Origin: Mayamaea pseudoterrestris | Taxonomy: Eukaryota | Direction of reading: 5' to 3' | NCBI GenBank assembly: GCA_027923505.1 | Contig: BROI01000017.1 | Span: 186,001 to 250,000 of the forward strand | DNA length: 64,000 bases | In this document: positions 31,792-44,118 of the stretch, piece after piece | Numbering within the stretch: the stretch's first letter is position 1 | Layout of the letters: the number at the start of each line of letters is the position of its first letter | Program-made: the position numbers and the translations under genes | Notes under the pieces: generated by a model | Databases searched by the model: none | What the model was told of the DNA's origin: nothing | The model's input: only the letters and a program-made list of their open reading frames with translations

Positions 31792-32769
31792 ATGCGCATC
31801 CAGCTTGCTCTACTCTTGGCCATTGCCTTTTCTGAAGATGCCGTTGCCCAACGGGGCATGCATCTTGGTCGGAAGATCCTCTTGGAATCGAGCACTTGGC
31901 GTTCTAGCCGAGAACTCATTGGTAACGGAACGCATGACTCGTCCCTTGTCCCTGCCAAAAAGGACGTTCCCAAAGCAGTGGAAGACGACGATGCCGACCA
32001 TACTGAGACGGTTCCTTTGCTGACGAAGAAGGAAGATTTCAAGGGAGTGGCGGATGTTTCCAAGGAAATCAATTCGACAAGTGCTCAGGAGCCAGTCATT
32101 CAGAAAGGTGGCGGCGGAGCTGATGACAAGGGACGTCGCTTGAAAGGATCCAAGGGAGACTCGAAAAGCAAAGGAAAGTCATCGAAGGGCTCGAAGAGTA
32201 GCAGTAGTGTCTCGGGAAGCCATAGCGGCAGCTCCAAAGGGCACTCGCATTCTTCCAGCAGCAAGAGCGCCTCTGGAAGCCATAGTGGTAGCTCCAAGCA
32301 CCAGAGCAGCAAGAGCGCCTCCGGAAGTCATAGTGGCAGTTCCAAGCATCACAGTTCGAAACATCACAGCAGCAAGAGCGCCTCTGGAAGCCATAGCGGC
32401 AGCTCAAAGCATCACAGTTCGAAACATCACAGCAGCAAGAGCGCCTCTAAAAGCCATAGCGGAAGCTCCAAGCATCACAGCAGCAAGAGCTCCTCCTCTA
32501 AAAGCCATAGCGGCAGCTCCAAGCATAGCGGCAGTTCTAAACATCACAGCAGCAAGAGTGGTAGTTCGAAGAGCCACAGCAGCAAATCGAAGGGAAACTC
32601 AAAGGATAGCAGCAAGGCGAAAAAGAGTTCCAAACATCACAGCTCAAAACATCATAGCAAGGCGAAAGGGAGTTCCAAACATCACAGCAGCAAGAGCTTG
32701 AGCATTCACCACAGCAAGGGCAGTTCGAAGGCTTATGGCAGCAAGGGCTCTGGCAGTGCACGTATTTAA
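31792..32769 (+). CDS. Secreted silaffin-like Ser/Lys/His/Gly-rich protein
   Basis: Signal peptide MRIQLALLLAIAFSEDAVA, acidic pro-region, GRRL followed by KGSK/KSSK motifs and repeated SSKHHSSK. Confidence 0.75.
   Translation: MRIQLALLLAIAFSEDAVAQRGMHLGRKILLESSTWRSSRELIGNGTHDSSLVPAKKDVPKAVEDDDADHTETVPLLTKKEDFKGVADVSKEINSTSAQEPVIQKGGGGADDKGRRLKGSKGDSKSKGKSSKGSKSSSSVSGSHSGSSKGHSHSSSSKSASGSHSGSSKHQSSKSASGSHSGSSKHHSSKHHSSKSASGSHSGSSKHHSSKHHSSKSASKSHSGSSKHHSSKSSSSKSHSGSSKHSGSSKHHSSKSGSSKSHSSKSKGNSKDSSKAKKSSKHHSSKHHSKAKGSSKHHSSKSLSIHHSKGSSKAYGSKGSGSARI
32210..32700 (+). repeat. Coding tandem repeat; core unit 63 nt (SKHHSSKHHSSKSASGSHSGS) with shorter degenerate copies
   Basis: Sequence at 32341 realigns with 32404 at a 63-nt offset. 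Recurrent CATCACAGCAGCAAGAG and AGCCATAG blocks. Confidence 0.85.
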
Positions 32770-33130
32770 GATGACAATGGCCATGGCCGGCTTCGATTCT
32801 TCAAGTGTCTTTGATTGACATTGAAACAATTCATTTGTGGCGCATGTTGCGTCTATCCACTATACTTTGCTAATATATTATAATTGGTCAAGTATATACG
32901 TCGTACGTTGCATAACTTTAGCGGTAAGATGCTACGATGCATCTGTAATGCAAAGACCTGCCGCATGCTAACGCTCAATTACATCGACGAATTTATAGTA
33001 AAATTATTTCATATGTACCACATACCGTAAACAACTACAATGACGGATCTTTGTCTATTTAGGATAAAGAATCGCTACGTAGTTGGTTAAAATCATATCA
33101 GGTGGCGGATTGCGCAGCTCTATAAAGCAA

Positions 33131-34116
33131 TTACAATTCGTCCGCCTTTCCGGAAGCACTCTTGCCCTTGAACGCCTTGACCGATTTCAAAAGACCAAGT
33201 CCAGCCTCCTTGACTTCCGCAAGCTTCTTGTCCTTGTCTTCCGAAAGCTTTTGGTAATCGGACTGGAGCTTCTCGACTGCCGCCTTGAACTCCTCCTCCG
33301 CCTTGGTAAGCTTGGTTTCCTCCTCCTTAATCTTGGAGTCAAGTGTGGCGTCGTCCAACTTCAAGTAGTCATTGATTTGCTTCTTCTTGTCGCTCTCGCA
33401 AAGGTCAATGTTGGCGGGCGAGCACACTGGCTTCAAGTTTTCCTTGGCAAACTTTTCCAAGTCCTTGAATGAGCGTTGGCCCTGGTAGTCCTCGAGGCTA
33501 TTGGGATCACCAAATTTCAACGTGGGGAATCCCTTGATGCCGTTTGCATCACAGAGAGACTTGCCCTCGGCGGTGCAGTCAACTTCGGCGACGAGACCAA
33601 CCTTGTCGCCGTCGAAACCTTCGGCGAGCTTCTCCCAGTCGGGTGCCATGCGCTTACAGTGGCCGCACTGTGATTGAATGAGAAAGAGCAAAATGGTTAG
33701 CGTCTATCGATTTCTTCACCGGTGAAACACTATTCAGAATGAATCTTATTGCGCCACTGGTCGCCAAATGATTGGACCCTTACGTGCAATGCCGCGCACG
33801 AGCGGCTGCTTCCGAGAATGCAACGAATGAAGGGTCATTGTGGCAGCTTGCGCCAGTATCAAGAGCTCCAGTAATAAGACGATGCAAGCCTTCAATTATT
33901 CACCGCATTTGATGCAACTAAACGATTCACTCGAGGCAGCAATGCAGCATTATCGGGTCATGAGACGTGCAGACTTACCCAAGGTGCAAAAAACTTGATA
34001 AAGACAGTCTTTCCATCCGTCATCTCCGCGTAGTTGTCCTCCGTGAGACTGACGACATCATAGGCACTAGCCGAGGCGCAAAGGGCGAGAAGAGCGACAA
34101 GAGAGTATTGCATCAT
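33131..34116 (-). CDS. ER protein disulfide isomerase-like protein (single thioredoxin + coiled coil, ADEL end), 2 exons
   Basis: Exon 34116-33979 (signal peptide..FIKFFAPW), 311-nt intron 33978-33668, exon 33667-33131 (CGHCKRMAPDW..GIKGFPTLK..KADEL*). Confidence 0.92.
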
Positions 34117-34584
34117 GGTGATTCGATTTATGTTCCTTTTGTTCAGCGGTGAAAATGACCAGTGCCGAAGGCCCCTTCGTGCATCGCAGCCGCTCGTCCG
34201 AAAGATCCTTCCACGTGCTACTCCTTCGCGGAGCGGGAATGAAAATGTGACGGTCTGATCGTTTTCACGACGACCAGCTAAGTAAGCATACTATCCCTAA
34301 CCTTATCAATTCAAAAAGCTTCGTTTCCATGACATTCCTCGTCACTGTCCGGTAGAAAGTACTCACTGGGACACATGCCATGACTTTTTGGTGTGGCTGC
34401 TGCACCCAGCAACACAACATCTCAACTTCGATCTGCCAGCACGACCAGCAAGCATCTAATATAGGACGGTGCTTTAGTCTCTGTTGCAACGGGTGACGAA
34501 AAGACCGACGCTTAGCTAGTCCGGAGGAAAGTGAATTCCACCTTTTCCTTGTATCATCGCGAATTCTCCAGCCGATAATCTATC

Positions 34585-36860
34585 ATGTCGGACGGCGGAC
34601 TCGGACAAACGCTTGTGGGCGAGAAGATCATGATCAATAACAAGCATGTATCAGTTGTCAAGCTGCTTGGTGAAGGTACGAGACTCGGTTGCTCTCGTAT
34701 GGAAGCGAGTCTGTATGCCAGCTGCTATCATCGACCGCACTGCATTCGAAATTTAGAATTACTCGCACCTCACGTTGACTTACTCACTTCTTTTATTGCA
34801 CTTGATTCTCTCCAGGAGGCTTCTCTTTTGTCTATTTGGTTCGCGAGATCGCTGACACATCCGGTGGACAGTCTTTGAATAGCACGGTTCATGGTGGAGA
34901 AGGTGCCACGCAGCGCGGATCTGGTTCGGGTCGCAGCGGATCACTAGGCAATGGCAAAGGCGAGCGACGATCCATTGGAAACACCAACGGAGGGCCCGGT
35001 GAAAAGAAGGAACTGGTCCTCAAAGTAACTTCCATTCTGTCCAGACAGCAGCGCGATATCGCGGAAAAGGAAGCGAAACTTCTCAGCCGCCTCTCGCATC
35101 CCTCGATTATCAAAATGTTCGACACTTGTTACAGAACAGTGTCACATGCTGGGAGCAAGAAAGACCCGAAAAAGGATAGACCACAACATTTGATTCTCAT
35201 GGAGTACTGCGATGGAGGTCATGCACTTGACGTATGCACTGAAATGGTGAGCGGTGGCACTAGGTTTGACCTTTCGACTCTTATCATTGCCTTTGGACAA
35301 ATATGCAATGCAGTCTCGTATCTACACGCGCAGCGTCCTCCAATCGTTCATCGTGATTTGAAACCGTCCAATTTTTTGGTCAAGAATGGTGCCTACAAGC
35401 TATGCGATTTCGGATCAGCTGTCTTTGGGCATGTTGATTTAAAGACACCGGAAGCGAGACGTGAAGCGGAGGAGGTCATTGAAAGGACAACAACTCAAAT
35501 GTTTCGAGCACCCGAAATGGTGGACCTGTACATGGCCAAGAAATTGACGCAATCAACTGATGTTTGGGCTTTGGGCTGCTGCTTTTATTCGTTGGCGTTT
35601 TTGCAAAATTGCTTTGAAGAAGGTTCCAATCTCGCTATACTATCAGGCAAGTACAAAATTCCCGAGGATAATCCTTACGGAGAAGGCTTAGTGGAGCTGA
35701 TTGATCGGATGCTGACGCTGGATTGCAAGGCTCGGGCCGACATGACGGAAGTGATTTTGTGTCTTTCGGCAGTTTACTCGGGGCGGCCGCTTCCAGCGCG
35801 TAAAGATCGGAGCAAGAAGAAAGAAGGAGAAAAAGAAAAAGATAAGGACCGAAAAGAAAAGAGTGGCGACAAGGACAGATCATCTTCGTCGTCCTCGAGG
35901 AAAAAAAAGGACGAGAAGGCTGACCCTACAACTGGAACGTTCAGAACAAACTCACAAGGAGTGATCTATGGCGAAGACCTCGCCCTGGACCCAGAGCTTG
36001 CGAAGAAAGCACCGACTGAGAAGCGCAAGGTTGATCCCAATTCGGCTTTGGCGCGACGACTGGCGGCTGCTGGGAAGGTAGAGCCTACAGCTGGTGCTGA
36101 TGACGACAAGGTGGACGATTTTGCCGCATTCCCAGCTTCGTCGGCTGACTTCTCTGTCGACTTTGAAAATACGGCAGCGTTTGGAGAGTTTAACGCTAAG
36201 GCCGATGTTGATGATGGCGGTGCCGCTTTTGCGGGTTTCGATGCACCGGCTGGTGCGGGTGTTGACATTGATGAAGCCTTTGGCGTTCCTACGGGCGCTG
36301 GGTCTGATTGGGGAGAAGGCTCAGAGTCGAATGGCACCAAATTTGACGCATTTTCTTCATTCTCACCCGATGGAGTCGAGCTCATTGAAGGAAATCTAGA
36401 AGATGTTGTTGATGCCGATGATAAAGAGGAAGGTGATGTGGCGAAGGGATCGAGTGATCATCATCGCCGACGGAAATTGTCCAAGCCGACGTCGACATCA
36501 AGCTCTGATGATGCCGACGAGGATGGAGGTGAAGCTGATAAAGGTCGGAGAGGACAGCTTCGACGAACACGTTCCAGCGCTCGTCGCAGTAAACGGGACG
36601 TCCACAAAAGTGGGGAAGAGTCTGAAGAGCTTGGTGTTGTGCCAGATAGTCTCGGCGACGAAAGCAAACATCGACACTCGTCTCGTCCAAGTTCGCGCGG
36701 CAAGAGGGAAGGGGTGCGACGTTCAGCAAGTAATCCCGATGATTTAAAAGAAGCTGCAGAGAAGGCACGCAAAGAAGCGAGGCCCTCAAGCTCGAGGCAT
36801 AGCAGCTCGTCTCGGAAACCTACTAAAAGCAAGGATGACGAGGATAAACCAGATCCATGA
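34585..36860 (+). CDS. Numb-associated kinase (NAK; AAK1/GAK-like) Ser/Thr kinase, 2 exons
   Basis: Intron 34676-34815 restores LGEGGFSFVYLV. Motifs PPIVHRDLK, LCDFGSA, IERTTTQMFRAPEMVDLY, DVWALGC. Tail has DxF/FxxF-type acidic motifs. Confidence 0.9.
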
Positions 36861-36964
36861 TGATTCTACTCTAGGCATGATACTTAGATAAACTTCAGTT
36901 TAGGCGCTGATCATACACTACTAGTATTGCATATATATATTTATCTATAAAACTAATGCAATTG

Positions 36965-38707
36965 CTAATCGCAGGAAAATGAACAACCAACAGCTGGCTC
37001 AAATGTGCATGCAATAAAATGTTCCACATCACTGGAGCACTCTCCGCAAGGACAATCGGTAATTGCTTCGCAGACGAGTGTTTCCAGTTCGTCACAACGT
37101 GGTGCTGATTTCGGTATCGCTTTAGCCACACAAGCGTCACAACTCGCCGAGTCGACTAAGGTTTGAAAGCACTGTATAAGATCCCTCTGAGCGCCTTTGC
37201 AGGTTGCTTCACCTGCTGGTTGAATACTACTTGGCAGCAGCATATTATTTGCTGGAGCAACAGACGTTGCGACTGGTGCAATTGTTGGCGTGGCTAGGCC
37301 AGGGCAATCGCCAAAGGTGCAACCGGTGGCTAATCCAACCTCACAATTTAAATAGACTGTCACTTCATCCGTGCATGGCTCGCAAGAACAGGTTTCGAAG
37401 GCTGAACAAACAGCGTGCTCAAGATAATCGCAACCAGCCGTGGAGTTCGATATGGCCGACGCCACGCATCGATCGCATTCTTCTCCATCAACCATCGTCA
37501 GCTTTGTTTCAAGACACTGCGCAAGATTGTCTTGCGCTGCTGCACAAAACGCAGTCGTTGTAGGTGCATGTGTCGGCGCCACTGTCGGATACGGAATCAA
37601 GGTTAACGTTGCTGCCAGCGAGGGTGCAACCGATAGTGTCTGAAGGTTACAACTCACTGGACATTTATTCTTTGGCGCAACAGAGCAATTGATAAAGTCT
37701 TCGATATCTTCTCGACATGCTCCGCAAGGACAAGATGCAATTGCCGCGCATAGTCCCTCCTCATATGCGGCGCACGTTGCTTCCAATTGCAAGTCTTGTA
37801 GCGCCAACGCGACGCAAGAGTCGCAAGCATCGCCGTCCTGCAACGCTGTATAGAGGCAAGTCTTGAGCGTATCCGCCTCAGCGCCGGTGCACGAATCAGC
37901 AACGGCAGTGGGAGCGGCCGTCAACTCTTCGTTCACCGTTGGAACCACGGATGGAGCATCAGATGGTACGTCTGACGGAACGTCGGATGCACGAGTCGCT
38001 GATAGCGATGGAGCCATGGATCCCAGTGTTGGTGTTGAGAGAGATGGAACTTTGGAACCAGTCGATGCGAGTGAAGGAGCGTCGGTGTATAGAATCGCAT
38101 CATCATTGACCGTGTCAGACGCAAATATAACAGTATAGTTGGAGTAGTAGTAGACGGATGTGTCAACGCTGTTTCGCGTGGTAATGGTCAAGTCTAACGA
38201 AACTGTCGTTGGCACGTCGAAACGGAGCGTTGCTTTCGATGCAATCTTGGCTCGCGGATTGAAATGGGAAACTCCTGCAACGGACGATTCATCGCATGCC
38301 TCCTCGTGCTGTAAATTGTCGCCTGGTAGTAGAGCCGTTGAAGCATCTGAACCGTCAGCAGTCTCAATTCGAAGAAATAAACCTTGATAGGACGTTTGTT
38401 TGGTGTCCAGCGGGTCGTTCATCCATACACGTCGTTGACTGGGTGACGTAATCTGTATCGTTAATTCATAATCTGTGCACATTTCCGCTATAAACGGCTT
38501 GTCAGGTGTAAACGGTGATCCGTTTAAAGTTATTTCAAATAGTGCTGCGATTGGGCCTGACTTGACGGCCTTGTCAGTCGATGTATGATAGCCAGCCACC
38601 GCGGCCTTTCCTCCAACACATGTCCCCGCTCTGTCAGGAAATGCACGTGCAAAAGGTATTAAACTTGCTGCTGCTGTTGCAATGTGGAGGAGAGCTCGCA
38701 CTGCCAT
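36965..38707 (-). CDS. Secreted protein: Reeler-like N-terminal domain, Pro/Thr/Ser linker and three 12-Cys modules
   Basis: Signal peptide ending ARA-FP; AGTC..H, YQGLFLRIE and GVSHFN are Reeler-like. Three modules with CDxCVA and CxCxxC. Confidence 0.75.
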   Translation of the reverse strand: MAVRALLHIATAAASLIPFARAFPDRAGTCVGGKAAVAGYHTSTDKAVKSGPIAALFEITLNGSPFTPDKPFIAEMCTDYELTIQITSPSQRRVWMNDPLDTKQTSYQGLFLRIETADGSDASTALLPGDNLQHEEACDESSVAGVSHFNPRAKIASKATLRFDVPTTVSLDLTITTRNSVDTSVYYYSNYTVIFASDTVNDDAILYTDAPSLASTGSKVPSLSTPTLGSMAPSLSATRASDVPSDVPSDAPSVVPTVNEELTAAPTAVADSCTGAEADTLKTCLYTALQDGDACDSCVALALQDLQLEATCAAYEEGLCAAIASCPCGACREDIEDFINCSVAPKNKCPVSCNLQTLSVAPSLAATLTLIPYPTVAPTHAPTTTAFCAAAQDNLAQCLETKLTMVDGEECDRCVASAISNSTAGCDYLEHAVCSAFETCSCEPCTDEVTVYLNCEVGLATGCTFGDCPGLATPTIAPVATSVAPANNMLLPSSIQPAGEATCKGAQRDLIQCFQTLVDSASCDACVAKAIPKSAPRCDELETLVCEAITDCPCGECSSDVEHFIACTFEPAVGCSFSCD

Positions 38708-39356
38708 TTCTAATACAGCTTGTAGTGTTACGTCTCAAGTCGCAAGGATAGCCGTGCGCAATGCTCTCGACACAACCTGGAGCATACGTTCACACGGAAC
38801 TCCACGTTCGCTATTGATAGGACTGCTGACAAGCTCGTATCATCATTCTAGTAGCAATGTACGTATACATGCTCAAATTAGTCAATCATGGCAGAGTGGT
38901 GGTCCCACAAAATCGTCGTCGTTGGGTCTTTGAACCGACTTGCATCGGCCGACGAATTCGTCAACATTGTGATTCGTGACTCACTTTTCAAGATCGATGA
39001 GAGACATTCACGACTACTCAATCGTGTCTGATTAGGTCATTATAGGCACAATGACCACTGCCGCCGCGCACTGCGCGTTCCGTCGTCACCGTGATGTTTA
39101 ACATGACGAGCGCATCACAGCCTTCCTTGGTTTTGCTTGGCCGAGCCCGCTGCCCTCCGCGTTAGTATTGCAAAGCCTGCGCACAGCAATTGACAAAGGA
39201 GCTGGTGGATGCTGTCATAACAAGAGAGCTGCTCCCCAAGCGGACCGTGCGCAGCTGCAAGCTGCAAGTGGCATTGAAAGCAGAAACAGCGAAAGTTTTG
39301 ATTGACCAATCGGTGGACCGAGTGTTTTCTTCGCCTGCCTCGCCAATAGTTGAGCC

Positions 39357-42300
39357 ATGCATCGACGCAACAAGTCACAGAATGCTGTTGGTCGCTGGCT
39401 CTTTCGCGCCAAAGAAGAGAAGAATCGGCAACTACCTGCTTTACTTGGATCGAGCAGTAACAGCAGTGGACCAGCAGCTAGGGAAGAATCTGACGGTCCC
39501 CTTTGCCCAGACACAAACTTTCCATCGATTGGAATCAGTCCATACGAGGTAACGAAGACAAAATCATCGCAGCCTCCGCTGCATAACAGTTTTGAAGAGT
39601 CCTTGAGCAAAACGGTCGGCTATCCATCAGTCGCAGCGTCGTTTGCTGCTCACAAGGCAACAATAGCGTTACCCATGAGAAACCAGTTCAACGATGCGTC
39701 TGCCATGTCCCCATCTCTGTCTATACGTTCCATGGTCGCTGCTGAAGAGTCGACGCTGGTAACTGGCAGCAAGCCGCAACCACGTAAATCATTTTCATTC
39801 GTCAACAAGGACAAAGTAAGAGATCGGCGCCTACAATCTCAATCTCGCAAGTCCTTTTCGTTCATTGAGACGAATGTTAAAGACAAGAAGAAGTCCCTTT
39901 TATCGCCAGGTAAACGCAAGAAGGTACTCGATGCAGTTCTTTTGATGCAAGACTTTGACTCGGCACCTACGACAAATGTTGCGAAAGGGTCTATCGTGAC
40001 ATCGCTGCAACAGTCAAGCTCCTCGTTGACAAAGTCTCTGGCTGTAAAAGCACCATTGCCATTAGCTTCTCGTCCCGTGCTCCGTACCGAGCGTCAAAGT
40101 AGTGTAAATCTGAGCAGAAGTGGAAATGAGGTGTCTGATGCCAAGCAAAGGCCACGACGGAACGAACGACCAAAGAGCGAGAGCCTGAGTAAAAGCTCCA
40201 GGAAGGAATTGGAAATGCTAGCCAAAACAACTCTACCGCCGATAATGGCATCCAAAGATATTACAAAGGCAAAAGGACAACTTGCTTCAGGGATGGCTTT
40301 TCGCGGTGAGATAGACATTCATCCCACATTGACTGGAACTATTAGCGAAAAGGGCCGCAGCACAGAGGCTTTGAATGAGCTACACTCTGATACACTTGAT
40401 GGAGACGTTAGGGATCTTGGCATGTCAGTGGTTTCGTTGGTGATAGACGATCTTAATGGTGACTCGCAGTGTGGTTTTCCAGTCAGTCCGCTGGCGTCGC
40501 CTCTTCAAGCTCCAAGTTGCATTGCTCGAAGCGATGAAAATGAGCGAGAGATACAACGTCTCCTTGCTGACCTCAGAAAGCTGAACGAATTGGCCGGTGT
40601 GAATGATATTAAAGAGGACCTTGTTTGCGGATATGCTACCAATTCAATTTCTGCAGAATACATTGGCAGTGACAACGTCTACCCAGAACATTGCTTCGGG
40701 CCCCAGCGAGCTGATCCTAGCATGAGTTATCTTAATAACAGAGCTGACGCTGCTTCATTAGTCACAACTGTGACACCGTCAATGGAAAACCTGGCTTTAA
40801 CATCACCTCCTACTAATCAACCGTGCCGAAGCCGCTACCACGACAACGATAATACAGAAAACGACGAAGACGATGATAACAACCAGCTCTTATTCTCAGT
40901 TCCTTTTGATTATGATAAATATCCAATGGCACCCACGAAGCAGCGCCGTTGGAAACAAAATGAAACGGAAGATCACCGCTTATTAAATGCCAGCGCCGCT
41001 AGCATAGGTTTTGAGGATGTTTCCCCGTCTGTCAGCAGAAGCTTGTCTCGCCTCCGATCCTGCACGTATCGCCCGCACGACATCCACCGCATCACATCCA
41101 CATACCTGTAGCGCGTCATCTTTCACCAATAATTGGGACGCTTGACCGACGGCAACATTCAACACGACTGGAACAGTTTCAAGTGGCGTCGTTTTCGCGT
41201 TCGTTTTCGCATTGCGAGGACGATCTCGTTGACGAGCTAAACGAAGAAGAAACGCTCCGCATTGCACTAGAAAGAAGTCTTCATGAGTCGTATAGTTCCA
41301 TTAACAATTGGCAAGACGTTGGATATTGTGGCAGCTGGCAAAATGGAAGCATTCGAGGAGACGACGGAAGTTTGCCGCGAGGAATGAATCATAATGGTTG
41401 TTTACGAAATGGCGATGCCAACAGTCCTATGCCAATTAACTTCGATAAGCTGCAGTCATTTGAAGGCATGAATGTCGAGACGCTGCGGGTTAGGATGTAT
41501 GCTCAGGACAAGGGATCGCAGATTGCATCTAAAGCGGATCGAAATGGGCGAGATAGACTGGTAGAGAATGGCGCACGTATGTGGCGTGCTGGAAATCCCC
41601 GGCTGCTGGAATTGGATGATGAAATGAGCTTAACGCAGGCAGAACAGGAAATGCTTGTTGAATTGAAACTGGAACAGGAACTGCGCAGTTCTATCTCGAG
41701 TCGCAGCCATGTTGATGATCGAGGCCATCGCAGCAGTTCCCTAGTGAGCGGGGTAGTGGACTCGTCTGGCATGCTTGTACCGCAATCATATGCTTCGCTC
41801 AATCGAGCAGAACAATCTGTCCTGGCACAGACCAGTTTTCACGACGCTGAAAACGATGACGAAGCAGCTTTGCTTGCGGCAGGCACTATGATACTGGATG
41901 CGCAGCAATCTCGGCCTTCGGAAAGCAGACGAATACATCGCGTATCGTCTACGCGATCGCAATCATCTATTTCCTCTCAAATATCTCATGCGTCTCATGT
42001 GTGCACGCGAGCTTCAGACTCGCGAGGGTCGTTTGTCTCGTACGCATCTGCATCGCAATCATCATTCGTTTCCCATGGGACTGCTTCTACGATCGACGGA
42101 CGTCCCAGGCCAGTTTATGATTGGGAACGCGAGTTGATTGCGAAGAGAGAAGATGACATGGATGCCAGCATAGACGGGATTGAAGGGTTTTACGAAGACT
42201 CAAACGTGTACATCGAAACTCAACCAAGGAATCCACAGGAATCTCAATTGAATAATTTGGGACGGCCAGAAACCGGTTACGGTCGTCAGTCAGGCGTGCC

Positions 42301-42604
42301 ATCCGATGAACTCCAACATTGGGCCCGTCGTCCGCCTGGCCGAACAAGAAGTAGCGACTTTAATGACGGAATTGAACAATACTGGGTCGATGACGACCAG
42401 GAGCTCTTGTCGCAGCATGTAGCAGTTATTCCGCAAGGACACACGATTGTCTCCGGGCAACGTTGGAACCAACGGCAGCAAAGGGATACTGGCCGCGCAG
42501 TCACTGACACTGAGATCGAGCATCTGTCATACTTGGAGCAAGAAATGATGGAGCTCGCCGTGCAAAGCTCGATGGATGGTGGTGGGGTTTACGAGAACGT
42601 CTAA
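39357..42604 (+). CDS. Large low-complexity protein with UIM-like motifs, split by an apparent frameshift near 41015-41111
   Basis: ORF 39357-41111 and the -1 frame ORF ending 42604 overlap; the second frame is open from 41015 and has no early ATG. UIM-like EEETLRIALERSLHE and EQEMMELAVQSSM. Confidence 0.55.
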
Positions 42605-43135
42605 TGTGGTTTTACGCAGATACTGTCAGTCCACCACATGGGCTGCCTTACCGGCCCTGCCTACTGATTTGCTCGTAAAGTCTAGCTCATCTGCGGATAC
42701 TAAGATGATACATGCTCAGTCAATGAATTTGGTCGCTCGTCCGCTGCCTGACTTAGATACAATGCATGGGACAAAGTCTGAGCTTAAGAAATGAGCTCGT
42801 AATCTCGCCATTCTTGCTGGAATACACCTCATAACGATTTTTGTAGTCAGTCCTTCTCGTTCAATTATATTTGACAAGTTTCTTTGCCCGAAACTACTGA
42901 AACAAGTGAGGAAATCCAAGCTAGCTGATTGAGTACCGCTACGAGAGCTGCCATCGGCGCTTGACCCGTCGCAGTCAGTCGATGATGAAGATCAAGGTTT
43001 AACTCATTGCTTTCTTTTCGAAGCTACAAACTCGACCAAAGACTGGTTTTATACGCCACCGAGGATCGTGGGCATCTCTGTTATTAACATAATTTGGCCG
43101 TCGACAATCTGCGAAGGAGATTATTCAACAATAAT

Positions 43136-43816
43136 ATGTCACGCTCATGCATCTTTCTCGGTGCCCTCCTGTTGGTCATCGGTTTGATGGCTCCCCTGTC
43201 AGATGCGTTTCTCATCCGATCTACACATGTTAAAATCTTGGTGAATACAAAAGTTCTTAAGTTGCCAGGATCTTGTAACGTGGGTGGAAGAAGCCGTTCA
43301 GTTGAGCTAGTACAACCATCAGCCAGCCGCACCTCGTTTCTCAAGGCGGCGGCTAATGACAAAGAAAAGGAAACCAAAGCCAATAAGCTTCCCTTCTTCC
43401 TTGACCCTGGAACTAAAGGAGGAGCGGTGTTTTTGAGTCTCGTTCTATTCGTTGTCCCACTTGTGCTTTACAACATTTCGCTCTCCATGGGTCTTGAAAT
43501 GATTGACGCCAATCGGATCTTTGGTGTCGGCTTTACGGTCGTGCTTAGTTTGGCATGGGTCAGCACCTATATCTTTCGAGTGGCAACCAAGGACATGACT
43601 TATGTACGTTTCAATACGTAGAGAAGCTAATTGTGGGATAGCATGCGAAAGACGCTCGGGATGCTCACTTGAATTGTCATCTACTCACTTGTATATCAAT
43701 TGCAGGCAAAGCAATTGAAAGACTACGAAAATGCGGTAATGCAGAAGCGACTTGAGGAGCTGGACGATGATGAGGTGCAAGCTTTGATGGAGGAAGTGGA
43801 CAAGGACGAGTTTTAG
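43136..43816 (+). CDS. Plastid-targeted DUF3007 family membrane protein, 2 exons
   Basis: Signal ending SDA-FLI. WVSTYIFRVATKDMTY, intron 43604-43705, then AKQLKDYENAVMQKRLEEL. Confidence 0.88.
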
Positions 43817-44118
43817 CTTTGTTTAACTCAAAGCTGTTTGGCCACTTCGCTGCCATGTGTCTAAAATCAATTGCACCACTTCGTGATAATACTACAGCAA
43901 ATAGCGTTTGGTTTTAGCCTCTTTTCTACTATGATTATGTTTGTATCCTTTACGCATCTCATATCCGTCTCGACCAATCGCTCCAACAGTACCCCTCGTT
44001 AACCTTCACACGCGACCAGTTCCTCGACACCCGACAGATATGCCTTTTGTTACCTCCCAATGCACAACTCCACCTCAACATATACAATATCCACTCTCTT
44101 GCACTCTCACTCCGGCGC

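Noticed and set aside
32210..32700. Regularly spaced repeats resembling a CRISPR array
   Set aside because: The repeats are in-frame coding units with synonymous variation and no unique spacers; the context is eukaryotic with no cas genes.
33668..33978. Possible alternative acceptor giving a selenocysteine (TGA) codon in the PDI active site
   Set aside because: The only AG|TGA in the intron is followed by a stop within three codons, and I saw no SECIS-like element in the 3' region.
42980..43080. ATGATGA C-box-like sequence in intergenic DNA
   Set aside because: No downstream CTGA D box with a terminal stem and no recognisable rRNA guide.
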